Shown here: positions 28,775 through 40,723 of the stretch, piece after piece | Layout: each line of letters starts with the position of its first letter | Numbering within the stretch: position 1 is the first letter of the stretch | Assembly: GCA_963847445.1 (NCBI GenBank) | Contig: CAWJZV010000004.1 | Span: 203,736 to 267,735, forward strand | Source of the DNA: an uncultured delta proteobacterium | Lineage (GTDB): Bacteria > Desulfobacterota > Binatia > UBA9968 | Length of the DNA stretch: 64,000 nt | Direction of reading: 5' to 3' | Made by a program: the position numbers and the translations under genes | The notes under the pieces: model-generated | What the model saw: the letters and a program-made list of their open reading frames with translations, nothing else | The model's database searches: none | Told to the model about the DNA's origin: nothing

Positions 28775-30153
28775 AATACTCTTTCAATCCCTTGACCAGT
28801 GCCGTCAGCGTCTGGTTGGCGTCGCCAAAGAGCATCATGGTATTGGCTCGGGAGAATAATTCGTTGTCGATCTTAGCGAAGCCGGGGGCCATGCCGCGTT
28901 TGAGCACGATGACCGTGCGCGCCGATTCGGCATCGAGTACCGGCATGCCGTAGATCGCACTATTGGGGTCATGCTTGGCTGCCGGGTTGACTACGTCATT
29001 GGCACCGACGACCAGGGCGACATCGGTGGTGGCGAATTCATTGTTGATCGCGTCGATGTCGTAGAGCCGGTCATAGGGCACGTTGGCCTCGGCGAGCAGC
29101 ACATTCATATGGCCGGGCATCCGGCCGGCCACGGGATGAATTGCGTATTTAACCGTGAGACCGCGCTGCTCCAATAATTCACCCAACTCACGCAAGGCAT
29201 GCTGACAGCGCGCCGCCGCCATGCCGTAACCGGGAACGACGATCACCGATCTGGCGCTGGTGAGGACAATCAACGCATCACCGATGGTGGCGCCGAGCGT
29301 AGTCTGACGCGCCGCCGCACCGGCTTGGCCGCCGCCGCTTTCCCGTCCGAAACCACCAAAGATAATATTGCCAAACGACCGATTCATCGCCTTGCTCATG
29401 GCCAGCGAAAGGAAAAAGCCCGACGCACCGTCGAGGGCGCCGCAGACGATCAAAACACTGTTAGACAAAGCGAATCCGGTGGCCACCGCGGCCAGGCCGG
29501 CGTAGGAATTCAACAGCGAGATCACCACCGGCATATCGGCGCCGCCGATAGGCAGCACCAGCAAAACCCCCAACACGAAAGCGCCACCCGGCCATGCCGT
29601 AAAATACTTGCCGAGCGGCGGGGTGCACCGTCAGGTAGGCGATGGCCGCGAGCGCGCCCGCCAGCAGCGCGATATTCAGGCCGTTCTGAAAGCGGTGCGT
29701 CAAGGGCCGTTCGGCGACGGCACCTTGGAGTTTGCCGAAGGCGATCAGGCTACCGGTAAAGGTTATCGCGCCGAGCAACACCTCAAAACCGAGGGCGGCA
29801 ATCTTCGCCGCGCCAAGCTCCGCCGCCATGGCGCGCATACTCGGCGATCCCCACCAAAGCCGCGGCCAGACCGCCAAAGGAGTGGGACAGCGCGATCCGC
29901 TCCGGCATCTTGGCCATCGGAATAAATAACGCCATGGCGATGCCAACGGCCGAGCCGATGGCGACGCCGGCGATAATCCAATCGTAACGAACCAGCTGGT
30001 TGCCGAGTAAAGTACCGGCGACGGCGATCGCCATCGCCAAGCCGGCGAGCCACACGCCGCGCCGGGCGGTTTCCGGCGCGCGCAATTGATGCAGGCCAAA
30101 GACAAATAGCAGCGCGGCGACGAGATAAGCGGTTCCGCCAATGGCGTCGTCAC
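28773..30153 (-). CDS. pntB: NAD(P) transhydrogenase beta subunit (frameshifted)
   Basis: MPERIAL.HSFGGLAA, GAITFTGSLIAFGKLQG, PIGGADMPVVISLLNSY, VVPGYGMA, AIHPVAGRMPGHMNVLLAEA, GANDVVNPAA. Confidence 0.92.
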
Positions 30154-30443
30154 GATCGCGGCTCACCATGTTTTTTGAACATTTTGAGCATGCGGTCGGT
30201 GATCAAGAAACCGCCGACGACATTGACCGTCGCGCAGGTAACGGCAACCAGACCCATCACAGAGCTGGATAGATCGTAATCGCCACCGGCGAGTACCAGC
30301 GATCCGACCAGAGAGATGCCAGAAATCGCGTTGGTCACCGACATCAGCGGCGTATGCAAGAACGGCGGCACGCCGGAGATCACCAGATAGCCGACAAAGG
30401 CGGCGAAGAAAAAAATGTAGAGCCAGAAAATCCACTCCGCCAC
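30150..30443 (-). CDS. pntA: NAD(P) transhydrogenase alpha subunit, membrane part
   Basis: VPPFLHTPLMSVTNAISG, NVVGGFLITDRMLKMFK. Confidence 0.92.
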   Translation of the reverse strand: MAEWIFWLYIFFFAAFVGYLVISGVPPFLHTPLMSVTNAISGISLVGSLVLAGGDYDLSSSVMGLVAVTCATVNVVGGFLITDRMLKMFKKHGEPRS

Positions 30444-31597
30444 TAGCCTTCTCCTTTGAGCGCGGCCAAGGCTTGGCGCAACTCGTCGCCAACAATTGCG
30501 CCGTCGTGAGTCACCACGCAGCGGCGGGTGATTTCATCGCGAAAGTCCAAGCCGCAGAATACCGTCGCGTAGCAAATGGCCCAGAAAATTTTCCATGTTG
30601 CGCGAAAACATCCGGCTGGCATCCTGGGCGACTTCGGCGGCGAGATTTAACCGGCCGACTGATGGTCACGCCGCGGCAGACGATATCTTCGCCGGGTTTG
30701 GTCAATTCGCAGTTGCCGCCCTGTTCGGCGGCGAGATCGACCAGCACCGCGCCGGGTCTCATATTCTCGAATCATCTCACCGGGTGATGAGAATCGGCGC
30801 GCGCTGCTGCGGCACCAATGCCGTGGTGATACAGACATCGGCATTGGCCAGCGGCAGGCGTATCGCGTTGCGCGCCCGTTCGAGGGAAACTTCGTTCAAT
30901 TGACGCGCATAGCCTTCGGCGCTCTCGGCAGCTTGTTCCAACCCAGGTTCGATATATTTCGCGCCTAAGCTTTCGACCTGCTCGCGCACGTCCGGCGGAC
31001 ATCGAACGCTTCGACCAGCGCGCCCAGACGGCGCGCCGTGGCGATCGCTTGCAGACCGGCGACACCGGCGCCCAAGCACCAAGACCCGCACCGGCGCGAA
31101 GGTCCCGGCGGGAGTCATCAGCATCGGGAAGAAACTTGGCGAGTAACATTGGCGGCGACAATCACCGCGCGATAACCAGCCGCGGTACTCTGCGAGCTCA
31201 AGACGTCCATGGACTGCGCGATCGTCGTGCGCGGCAGATTTTCCAGCGCCAGGGTGGTCACCCGCGCGGTCGGCCAAGCGCCGTGTCGCATCGACATGAT
31301 CGCGTGGATATAGCAGACAGACGAGGGTCGCGCCGCGGCGCAGCTGCTCGACTTCGAGCAGAGTCGGCGGCCGTATCTTGACCAGCAAATCGGCTTTGTT
31401 CGAGGAGCCGTTGGGCGGAGGATTCAAGCCTCGCGCCAGCCCGCACGTAGTCGTCGTCACTGAACCCCGCGGCCTGGCCCGCACCACTCTCGACCGCAAG
31501 CCTGATTTTGTTCGCAGTCAGCCGGCGCACGCCCTCGGGCACCAGCGCAACCCGCCGCTCGCCGGGAAAGACTTCTCTGCGCCACGCCGACAATCAT
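30443..31597 (-). CDS. pntA: NAD(P) transhydrogenase alpha subunit, NAD-binding part (many indels)
   Basis: FPGERRVALVPE, VESGAG..AGFSDDDY, FFPMLMTPAGT, REQVESLGAKY, DVCITTALVP, PGAVLVDLAAEQGGNCE. Confidence 0.88.
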
Positions 31598-31960
31598 GCC
31601 GCCTCCCGATGGGCCGCTGCGCCGCCCCCGCTTTCTCGTTAGCGCTGGAGGAGCCGCCGATGCGAGCAAACCACGGCGCACATACTGCGGATCGAGCGCC
31701 AAGTAACTCACAGACGTTTTCAAAGGAGAACAACCAGTGGTTGCCTTCGCGCATGAACCAGTCTTCGACCTCGCGAAAGCGCTCTTTGCCGGCACGGTCG
31801 GCGCGCCGCGATACTTCTGAAAGAGATGGATCGCGTCTTCAAGCATTGCCAGGAGTAACGATTTCTCCGGCGCCAAATGTTCGCTGCGGCGGAAAGTATC
31901 GAAATAGCGTCGTTGAGCATCGCTATCGTTAGCGACGATCGCCAAGATTGGTTCGTCCAT
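31594..31960 (-). CDS. Small hypothetical protein (frameshifted)
   Basis: YFDTFRRSEHLAPEKSLLLAMLEDAI..FQKY / WLFSFENVCELL / QYVRRGL; stop overlaps the pntA start. Confidence 0.6.
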
Positions 31961-32027
31961 CGATATCCCCCCTATAGGCTTCGCACCAGCACTCGGCTCT
32001 GTGCGCTCCACCGCCAACGACGTATTC

Positions 32028-32042
32028 GCAACGCCTATGCCA
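32028..32042 (-). promoter_or_regulatory. Sigma-54 promoter for the hypothetical-pntAB operon
   Basis: TGGCAT-AGGCG-TTGC on the minus strand. Confidence 0.72.
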
Positions 32043-32158
32043 TGAGATTTCGTCGTTTGCAGGCGTCTTCCTTCGCAACCTTGCGACGATCGTTAAGGCT
32101 TCTTCTCAGCTGTAAGAAACCAAGTGCTGGGAACGCGTTATTCAAATGAGCGAATTCA

Positions 32159-32173
32159 TGGCATGGCCATTGC
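32159..32173 (+). promoter_or_regulatory. Sigma-54 promoter for the hsp20-lon-dksA-like operon
   Basis: TGGCAT-GGCCA-TTGC. Confidence 0.72.
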
Positions 32174-32261
32174 GTTTAGAACCAAGTGAACGATTGTCAA
32201 ATCGCAACTTGATCGCACAGCCCAATTAATTGGGTTTAAACAAATCGCGGAGCTGATAGCG

Positions 32262-32694
32262 ATGGCGAAAAAACCAAATGACTTGATATCGTTTCCGATG
32301 CACCTGCCGCGCGAAGTCGAACGACTCTTCGACGAAATGATCCACCGGCCCTGGGGCTTCTGCCGGGATATCCGCGGCTGGAATCCGTCGGTCGATGTCT
32401 ACGAGACCGAAGACTTCTTCATCCTCGAAGCCGACCTGCCGGGCGTCAAAGCCGAAGACGTCAAAGTCGAGGCGGAAAACGGCGATCTGGTTTTACAAGG
32501 TTGGCGCACCATCGAGACCAGCCAAAGCGACGGCCAGTTTCACACCATGGAACGGTCTTCGGGCAATTTCATGCGTCGCATTAAACTGCCGGAGTCCATC
32601 GACAAAACTGCCATCGAAGTCGAATTTCACGACGGTGTGCTGCAGAGTGCAGTTGCCCAAGACTCAAGGGAACAAGAGAGGAGAGGCGCGATGA
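32262..32694 (+). CDS. Hsp20/alpha-crystallin small heat-shock protein (indel near the 3' end)
   Basis: WNPSVDVYET, EADLPGV, ERSSGNFMRRIKLP, FHDGVL/VQLPK. Confidence 0.9.
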
Positions 32695-35157
32695 TCGACA
32701 GAACCGAGGTTGTTAACAGCGAAACGCGGCATCGAAGACGGTAGCGCGCCGCGGGAACTGTCCGCCGAGGAGCTGCGCTTCTCGACCAAGATCGAGCCAC
32801 CACTTCGGCGTCGACCCGCGAGCTCGCCGGCGCCAAAGATTTTGTCGGCCAGGAGCGCGCCTTGGCGTCGTTAGAACTCGGCATCGGCGTCGCCGGCAGC
32901 GGTTATAACATTTTCGTTTCCGGTTTGACCGGCGCGGACAAGCTGGACACGCTGCGCCGTTGGGTCGCCGAACGGGCCAGCGCCACGGCGACTCCAGGCG
33001 ACTGGGTGTATGTGCATGATTTCAAACATCCCGATGCGCCGCGGGCGATTTATTTGAAACCCGGCGCGGGTATCGAGCTGCGGGACATGATGCATGATCT
33101 GGTCAAGACCCTGCGCGAGGAATTGCCCAAGGCGTTTCGCCAGGAAGCCTTCGATAAGGAAAAATCTTCGCTGATGGAGAAGTTCAACAACCGCGCCCAG
33201 GAACTCAACGTCCAATTCGCCACCCTGGCGCGCGAGCGCGGTTTCCAGGTGCAGACCAGTTCGCGCGGCCATATCTATTTTATTCCAGTGGTCGACGGCA
33301 AACCGATGCAAAAGCCGCAGGACTTCGCGGCGCTTTCGGAAGATGAGCGGCGCGATGTCGAACGGCGCCAGCAGGAGCTCAACGTCGAGCTCGAACGGTT
33401 GGCGCGCCACCAGCAGGAAATCATGCGCGAGATGGAACAGGATATCCGCACCGTGGAGCGGCGTTTCTGTGAGACACTTGCTGATCCCAATCCTCGGCCG
33501 CATCATCGACAAGCTCGACAACCCGGAGGTGAATATCTATCTGGACGAGACTCGCGAACATATTCTCAACAATCTCGACGATTTCAAGGAAGCCGGCGCA
33601 AGCCCGATGGCGTTGCCGTTCATGCCGGCGCCGCGCGCGAGCGCGATCCTTACCTGGAATATGAAGTGAACGTCGTCGTCGACAACGCCAAGACCCAAGG
33701 CGCGCCGATCATCGTCGAAAGCGCGCCGACCTATTTGAATTTGTTCGGCACCATCGAGCGGGTGGTCGACCGCTTCGGCCGGGTGGTGACCAATTTCACC
33801 CGGATCAAATCCGGCTCCTTCCTGCGCGCCCATGGCGGTTATCTGATCTTCAGCCTGGAAGACGCGATCACCGAACCGGCGGTGTGGAAGGTGCTCAAGC
33901 GGACGCTGCGCAGCGGCCGCATCGAAATGGAAACCTACGAACCCTTCGCGATGTTCTCCGCTTCGGGTTTGAGACCCGAACCGGTCAAGGTCAACACCAA
34001 AGTCATCGTCGTCGGCAGCGCCTATCTCTATCACCTGCTCTACACCTGGGACGACGACTTCCACGAGATGTTTAAGATTCGCGCCGATTTCAATCCGGTG
34101 ATGCAGCGCGACGACGACCACCAGCTCGCCTACGCCCACTGGGTCGGCAATCTATGCAATGAAGAAGGCATGCCCCATTTCGACGAGAGCGGCGTGGAAA
34201 AATTGATCGAGTACGGCGCCCGCCAGGCCGGCGACCGCGATAAAGTCTTGGCGTCCCATGCGACCATCGCCGATTTAGTCCGCGAAGCGGCTTTCTGGGC
34301 GCGCAAGGAAGATCGCCAGCTGGTGTCGGCGCGCCATGTCGAGAAGGCGCTCGAAAGCCGGGTCTTCCGCTCCAACCGCATCGAAGAGAATATTCGCGAG
34401 CTGATCGCCAACGGCACGATCTTGGTCGACATCGACGGCAAGAAAACCGGACAGGTGAACGGTCTGTCGGTGATGGAGATCGGCGGCTACGCCTTCGGCC
34501 GGCCAAGCCGGGTGACCGCCAGCGTCGGCATGGGCCAGGCCGGCATCGTCAATATCGAGCGCGAGTCGAAGTTAAGCGGCAACATCCACGACAAAGGCAT
34601 GTTGATCCTGGCCGGCTATCTGCGCAACCGCTTCGGCCAGAACCAACCGCTGGCGCTCTCGGCAAGTCTCTGTTTCGAGCAGTCCTATGGCGGCGTCGAA
34701 GGCGACAGCGCGTCGTCGACCGAGCTTTACGCCCTGCTGTCGCGGCTGGCGAATCTGCCGCTGCGCCAAGATATCGCCGTCACCGGCTCGGTCAATCAGT
34801 GGGGCGAGGTGCAAGCGATCGGCGGCGTCAATGAAAAGATCGAAGGCTTTTACGATGTCTGCCGGATGGTCGGCTTGACCGGCAAGCAGGGAGTGCTGAT
34901 CCCCGCCGCCAACGTGCGCCATCTGATCCTGCGCGGCGATGTCGTGCAAGGCAGTGGCCGAGGGGAAGTTTCACCTCTACCCGGTGAAGACCATCGACGA
35001 AGGGATAGCGATCCTGACCGGCGATGTTCGACGACGGCAAGCCGGGACGACGAGACGCATCAATGACGCCGTGGCCAAGCGTCTCAAGGAATTGGCTGTG
35101 GGATTAAAGGAATTCGCCGCGCCAGAGAAAAATGGCGCGGCCGACAATAAGCAATGA
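32691..35157 (+). CDS. Lon-like S16 protease (LonC-type), frameshifted
   Basis: FVGQERA, DWVYV.DF..P..P, LFGTIER, RAHGGYL, GQVNGLSV, VNIERESKLSG.IH.KG, FEQSYGGVEGDSASS (Ser), AIGGVNEKIEGF (Lys). Confidence 0.88.
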
Positions 35158-35197
35158 CGTTCTGCGGCCCGCGCGCGCTCGAGGCTTGCGAAAAAAT

Positions 35198-35569
35198 ATG
35201 GAGATTACAACCATGGAAGCGCTCACCATCGACGCCAATATCGATCGTCTCACCCAGCGACGCGAGCAGTTGCTGACGACGCTGCGCCATCTCGACGACG
35301 AGCAAAAGCAAGTCGAACATAACACCGACTGGGTCGATCAGGCTGCCTACGTAAGCCGCATCGCTTTGCTCGACGGCCTGCGCCAAGATTACCGGGCGGA
35401 GCTGACCAGGATCGACCGGGCGCTCGAGCGCATCGCCAATCATCAGTACGGCACGTGCGCGGCTTGCCACGATGCCATCGAGCCAAAGCGGCTGGAGTCG
35501 GTGCCGGATACCGAGTACTGCTGTGGCTGCGAAAGTTTCAGGGAGGGCCTAGAGCAGTACGCGGCCTAG
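35198..35569 (+). CDS. TraR/DksA C4 zinc-finger protein
   Basis: IDRALERI...YGTCAACHDAIEPKRLESVPDTEYCCGC. Confidence 0.85.
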   Translation: MEITTMEALTIDANIDRLTQRREQLLTTLRHLDDEQKQVEHNTDWVDQAAYVSRIALLDGLRQDYRAELTRIDRALERIANHQYGTCAACHDAIEPKRLESVPDTEYCCGCESFREGLEQYAA

Positions 35570-35955
35570 CGACGGACTTCGAAGCGAACCGCGCTTAGCC
35601 CTAATGAATCGCCGGAATTGTCGAGCTGCGATTGCCCGCGCGCAACCCATGCTATCGTAGTGGCTCCACTTAACGGCTATCGCCTTTACCCTCGCCAGTC
35701 TCCATGGTAACCCTTTGACTCGTCTGGTGGAGAAGCAAGGTCCCCGGTGGTCACGAAATCTCTTTTCATCACGCCATGACCGTTTTGCAACCGCCATGTT
35801 GTCGATGTACGGGATCATAGCAGGTCAGCCAAAGGCGGTTGCGCGTTGATTTAGAAAAAGACAGGAAGAGGCTGGATAGCGAACCTTGGTGAGCGCGTTC
35901 AGGACCAATCAATTCATCTTGATCATTCCACAGTACCGATTAGCACTATCATCCG

Positions 35956-37326
35956 TCAGAAAATGGAGTCTAAAATAGAGTCCAGGCTGAAATAATACCG
36001 GAGACGAAACTCAACCCGATAGTTGTTTTGTTTTTCACCGTACTCTGTTCCTCTCCAGCCAATCAGGACCGGTGTCCGAAACCGCAGCTCGAGATTGGTT
36101 GTGGGACTGTAGGCGAGCTCCGGAATTACCGAAAAGCTGCCATCCTGCAGATTGATTGTGGTGGTCAGAGCGGGAGTGAAATACAGGATGTCAAAGGGTT
36201 CTTTTTGACTGGCGCGAAAGTATAGGTAGTGACCCATCGGGTTTGGCCGGCCGTAAACGGATTCAGCCAATTGTGAAGCGCGCACGAGACCGCTCCTATT
36301 TCCGGTGTTGCGATACGTTGTATAGCTGTCGTTGACGAAGGTAACGAAATCTTTGAATTGATCTTGGCTTAGCCCTGTCCCGTTGCGGTAATATTCCAGG
36401 ATGTAAGTGGTTTCCTGTTCGGTCAGATAACGAAAACCCAAAAGATAGCTGACGGCGTCCCATTGGTGGCTGGACGCGACTCCCTGAGCATTAATCGTTG
36501 TCATCTTAAAATTGTTGATTCTCGCCCATTCGCCGTGGACCTCAAGATTCGTCGATAGGTTTCTGGAGAAGTCAAAACCGAATCGGGTCGTGCGGCTCGA
36601 TCCGGTAAGCAACGTGACATCGATATCGGTATCGTAATAAAGCAGGTAGAGCTTGGACGCAAAATTTACGTGGTAGGGTTTGCCAAAGTCAGTGTTGACA
36701 TGCTCCCAAACCGGAACGGCGGCCGCGCTTAGGGACGCATTACTCAGAGGTCCGGCAAAGCTTTGGTTCCATGTGGCATTCAACACCGTGTACCCTTGGC
36801 GAATTTCTTCAGGGTCTTCCGGGTTCTTCGGCCGGTCGACAAAGGCGACCGGACTCCATGCATAGCCTTTACCCCATTTGAAGATTTTATTGCCCGCCTC
36901 CAGACTGAAGTTGTCGTTGGGTCGCAGGGAGATCAGGCCTTGCAAAAGTTTAGTGGATTGCTGCCAGCCGACAAAGTCGTTTTGCACGAAGGTTTCGCTC
37001 TGGAAAGACACCGAGAAGATGTCCTTCTTGTAACTCCCCTCGAGACGGAGGCCGAAATTATATTGCTGGAAGGTCCGGCCGCTGCGCAGCAGGTCGAACT
37101 TCAATTGAGCAAAGGCATGATCCCGATCGACGCCGAAGGTTATCGGCTGGAACTCGAAAAAACCACCAAGGCTGTAGGGTTTGCTGGCCGCTTTGTCGAC
37201 TTCCTTCTGCAACTCCGAAAGGTCAATTTCGAATCGCTTCTCGTCCGGTGGCTGATCCTGCGCGGGAAGATTGGGCGCAAAGAGTAGGCCCGAAAGTAGC
37301 ACCGCGCATTTACAGATTCTACGCAC
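35956..37326 (-). CDS. Putative outer-membrane beta-barrel protein
   Basis: Signal peptide, G.K..KWGKGYAWSP, aromatic alternating strands, terminal RLRYYF; last gene of the Lol-like operon. Confidence 0.65.
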   Translation of the reverse strand: MRRICKCAVLLSGLLFAPNLPAQDQPPDEKRFEIDLSELQKEVDKAASKPYSLGGFFEFQPITFGVDRDHAFAQLKFDLLRSGRTFQQYNFGLRLEGSYKKDIFSVSFQSETFVQNDFVGWQQSTKLLQGLISLRPNDNFSLEAGNKIFKWGKGYAWSPVAFVDRPKNPEDPEEIRQGYTVLNATWNQSFAGPLSNASLSAAAVPVWEHVNTDFGKPYHVNFASKLYLLYYDTDIDVTLLTGSSRTTRFGFDFSRNLSTNLEVHGEWARINNFKMTTINAQGVASSHQWDAVSYLLGFRYLTEQETTYILEYYRNGTGLSQDQFKDFVTFVNDSYTTYRNTGNRSGLVRASQLAESVYGRPNPMGHYLYFRASQKEPFDILYFTPALTTTINLQDGSFSVIPELAYSPTTNLELRFRTPVLIGWRGTEYGEKQNNYRVEFRLRYYFSLDSILDSIF

Positions 37327-37329
37327 CGC

Positions 37330-38072
37330 TCACCTGATGGTTTCAATCTTGGGCATAAACTCCAGCGTAAACACTTCATCGGCAACGATCTTCTTTTTAA
37401 CGTTGGCATACGCGATGATGGACTGATAGCCCTTATAGAGCGGGCTGTCGGTCTCGATGACAGACGGCCGCCGCACCCCTTCGAACGGTTTGATTTCTTT
37501 AAAATAGAGAGTCTTGATCAAAAGACCGGTCGCGGCATAGCATTCGATCTTGGTCGGAACCACCGCCTTCTTATCGACCCACATCTTCAGTTTGTCGTAC
37601 GCCACCGCGGCGGTCTTCGCCTTCAAATTGAGTACATACTCGCTCTTGCCATCCTCCATGTTTTGGACGTTGTATTCCACGTTGTAGTCGAGGCGCATGA
37701 TGTCGGCGTTGTTGAACACGCCGCCGACAACTGACTGGAGACTGGTGATCCGCACCGGTTTGCCGACATTGGGGATATAGAGCCACATGTTGTCGCCCAG
37801 TCGGAGCGTAGCTCGACCTTTTTCGCTGGCCGGTGAAAGAAATAGTGAAACAATTTTGTCGTTGCCCTTTTTTAAGTGTGTAAAGGAGAAATTCCCTCTT
37901 GGCGCCGCTCGGCTCGATGTTGATCAGCTTGCGGTAGGATTCAAATGACTCCGGTTGGAGATTGGCGTCCACTTTCTTGAGAATCTCTGTCCCATCTAAA
38001 GCGAACACTGGGGTTGCCAAGAGCAACGTGAGACCCAGAGCGAAGAACCGTTTGATATAGTGGTCTTTTCAT
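37330..38072 (-). CDS. Outer-membrane lipoprotein-sorting (LolA-like) protein, frameshifted
   Basis: EILKKVDANL.P, FLSPASEKGRATLRLGDNMWLYIPNVGKPVRI, VAYDKLKMWVD. Confidence 0.8.
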
Positions 38073-39318
38073 ACATGCCTCAACGCGTCGATCGGTTCCA
38101 TCCTGGAAGCCTTGTACGCCGGCTGTAGGCTCGCAAGAACGGAAACTATGATCACCATGAGAGAAGCCGTTACAACCTCCATCGGCGCGATCGTTGGGGC
38201 GAGAATAAGACCCGTGGCCTGGCCAAAGTTGAAGGTAATTTTCGAGACGTACAACGCCAAGATAATTCCCAAACCGAAAACCACACCGACAACCGCGCCA
38301 GTTACGCCAAGACAAAAGCCTTCCACCAGAAACAGCGAAAGGATCTTTCGTGGCAGCGTCCCGATTGCCGCGATCGTGCCGATTTCTCTGACACGCTCAT
38401 AGACCGCCATGATCATGACGTTGAGAATGCTGATCAGCACGATGGCGATGAGCATCAGCTTGATGAAAAAAGTCATCAGGTCGATCATATTGGCGATGTT
38501 GGCGAAGGGTGATAGTTGCGCCCACGTGTGGACCTCGATGGCGCCACCTTTTTGCTTTTTCTCTCCCAAGCCAAGTGCTGCCTCGGATAGCTTTGAGCGA
38601 CCCCTTCCACCGCCGGAAGAGATTTTACTCGAACTGCGATCTCGCTCACCTCTTTGCCGGACATCCGCAAAATTTCTCTGGCGTCATCGAAATTGATGTA
38701 ACCGTCTCGGCCGCCCGGTCCGGTAGCGCTTTCCAGAATGCCGCTGACGAGAAATGTCTTGCCGTTGACCGATCCATCTTTGTTGGTCGCGACTATTACG
38801 ACGGTGTCGCCGACTTTGGCGCCAAAGCCTTGGGCCAGCAGTTTCGGCACCAGCATTTTCCCCTTTTCCAACGAACGGACACTCTTTTCCCCTTCCAAAA
38901 TCCGCGAGAGCATCTGCGGCAAGGCGGCAAACTCTTTTTCCGGATAAACGCCGTTGATCCTGATATTGGTGGTCTCGGTAAAATTGCTGAATAGGGCGCC
39001 AAACTTTATCCGCTCCGAATAGGCTTCGATGTCCTTATTCCCCGCCAGGGTTTTTTCGAGCTGCGATACCGCGGCAGGTGGGAGATTCATATTCAAAGGA
39101 AGGCTTTCAATAGACGCCACATAACCGCCGCGATGGATCTGCAAGGCCCCCAGATAAGAATCGGTGATCTGGGCGATCATGAAATCCTTGATCGAAACGG
39201 TCACCGCGACGAAGACCAGAACGAAGACGACTCCGAAGGCGATCAACGAGACGGTCAGGAGGCTCCGCCTCTTATAGCGCAGTAAGTTTCGCGCCGCGAT
39301 CTTCATCAGATTGAACAT
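38069..39318 (-). CDS. FtsX/LolE-like ABC permease, frameshifted
   Basis: KIAARNLLRYKRRSLLT; NVMIMAVYERVREIGTI.AIG, PAYKASRMEPIDALR. Confidence 0.88.
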
Positions 39319-40012
39319 TAGCTTTACCCTTCTCTTCCCGATTTAGAAGGCGACCGTCTTCCAGGGAGTAGATAATTTCCGCCTCGCCAATGATTCGCGT
39401 ATCGTGCGTCGAAAAGATAAACGTAATGCCGAAGTTATCTCTCATCTGCTTCATCAATCGGAGAATCATGTACGCAGTCTCATGATCCAGGTTTGCGGTC
39501 GGCTCATCGGCGAGGACCAACTTTGGCCGGGTGACCAGCGCGCGGGCGATCGCAACCCGTTGCTTCTGACCGCCGGAAAGCTGATCCGGCATTTGATTCT
39601 TTTGCTCTAGCATTCCCACGGCTTGTAAGGCTTTGAGCACCCGGTCGCGGCGCTCGGCCAGAGGCAGTTCTTGCACCATCACCAGCGGGTACTCGACGTT
39701 CTCAAAAGCCGTCAAGACGGCAAGTAAATTGAAACTCTGGAAAATAAAGCCGATATTTTGCCCGCGAAACTCTGCCGCTTGGCGCCGATCCAACCCGAGG
39801 ACATCGATCCCCGCCACCTGTAACTCTCCACTGGTCGGTTTGTCCAAGCATCCGACAAGATTGAGCAACGTTGTCTTGCCGCTGCCCGAAGGCCCGATGA
39901 ACGCGAGGAAGGCACCTGCCTCGATCTCGAAACTGACCTCCTGCAAGGCTTTCACTTCCACACTGTCGGTTGCGTATGTCTTAGTCAAACTTTTTGCGAC
40001 AATCAGGCTCAT
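39272..40012 (-). CDS. LolD/MacB-type ABC ATP-binding protein
   Basis: [40 protein letters not shown]. Confidence 0.92.
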   Translation of the reverse strand: MSLIVAKSLTKTYATDSVEVKALQEVSFEIEAGAFLAFIGPSGSGKTTLLNLVGCLDKPTSGELQVAGIDVLGLDRRQAAEFRGQNIGFIFQSFNLLAVLTAFENVEYPLVMVQELPLAERRDRVLKALQAVGMLEQKNQMPDQLSGGQKQRVAIARALVTRPKLVLADEPTANLDHETAYMILRLMKQMRDNFGITFIFSTHDTRIIGEAEIIYSLEDGRLLNREEKGKANVQSDEDRGAKLTAL

Positions 40013-40075
40013 ATCGCTTCATTCTCCTCAGCGTTCGCACGCCAAATTCCATGTCTTTCGTGGCACTGGCCTTTA

Positions 40076-40701
40076 CTAATTGCCGCTGCTCTCGTCGCGC
40101 CGGGATCGATCTCTCGACTCCTGCCCCCGGGCAATGTCGATCTCCTCTTCGATTTTCCGGCCTACCCACTCGCCGCTCGCGATAAGCTTCTGCCCGTCGA
40201 TTTCTTTTCCTGAAATCATGGCAAGGCTATTTTTGATCTCGGAGCGGATTTCATTTGTCGGGTCCCAGTACTGTCCGTACGAGGATGCTGCGTATTGATT
40301 AACATAGTCGAGCCAGTCGTGCAGCCCTCTCAAACCACTCTCGATTTCCTTCAGCCCTCTCTGACGATCTCCACTCCGCGTCAAGGTGAGGCCCAAGTAG
40401 AGCTTCGCCATGTTGTCGTCTTGTGAAGCGAGATCGCCCGTTCCAGAGCTTGGCGGGCCTCCGGATACTTTCCCGCAACGTAGTAGGCCCGCCCCAGGTA
40501 GGTCCAGGTTCCTTGAGGAAACACGCTGAAGTACAAATGGTTTGGGTCTAATTCAGCCGCGCTTTGAAATGACCCAATTGCCGCATTTGGATCACCGTAC
40601 AGCAGAGCCATGCGGCCTTGCTGGACCTTGGTCTCTGCCGCGCAAGCGGAAATGAAAAGAATGATCGACGCTAGCCCAAAAATTAAGTTTTTCGGATTCA
40701 T
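40076..40701 (-). CDS. TPR-containing lipoprotein, frameshifted
   Basis: MNPKNL...ISAC lipobox, WTYLGRAYY..GKYPEARQALERA, AKLYLGL. Confidence 0.7.
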
Positions 40702-40723
40702 ATTGTTGCCACTAGGAAGCGGG

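Noticed and set aside
35570-35955. Possible small gene or ncRNA between the dksA-like gene and the beta-barrel gene
   Set aside because: ORF 35549-35818 has no recognisable motif, and no convincing RNA structure was seen.
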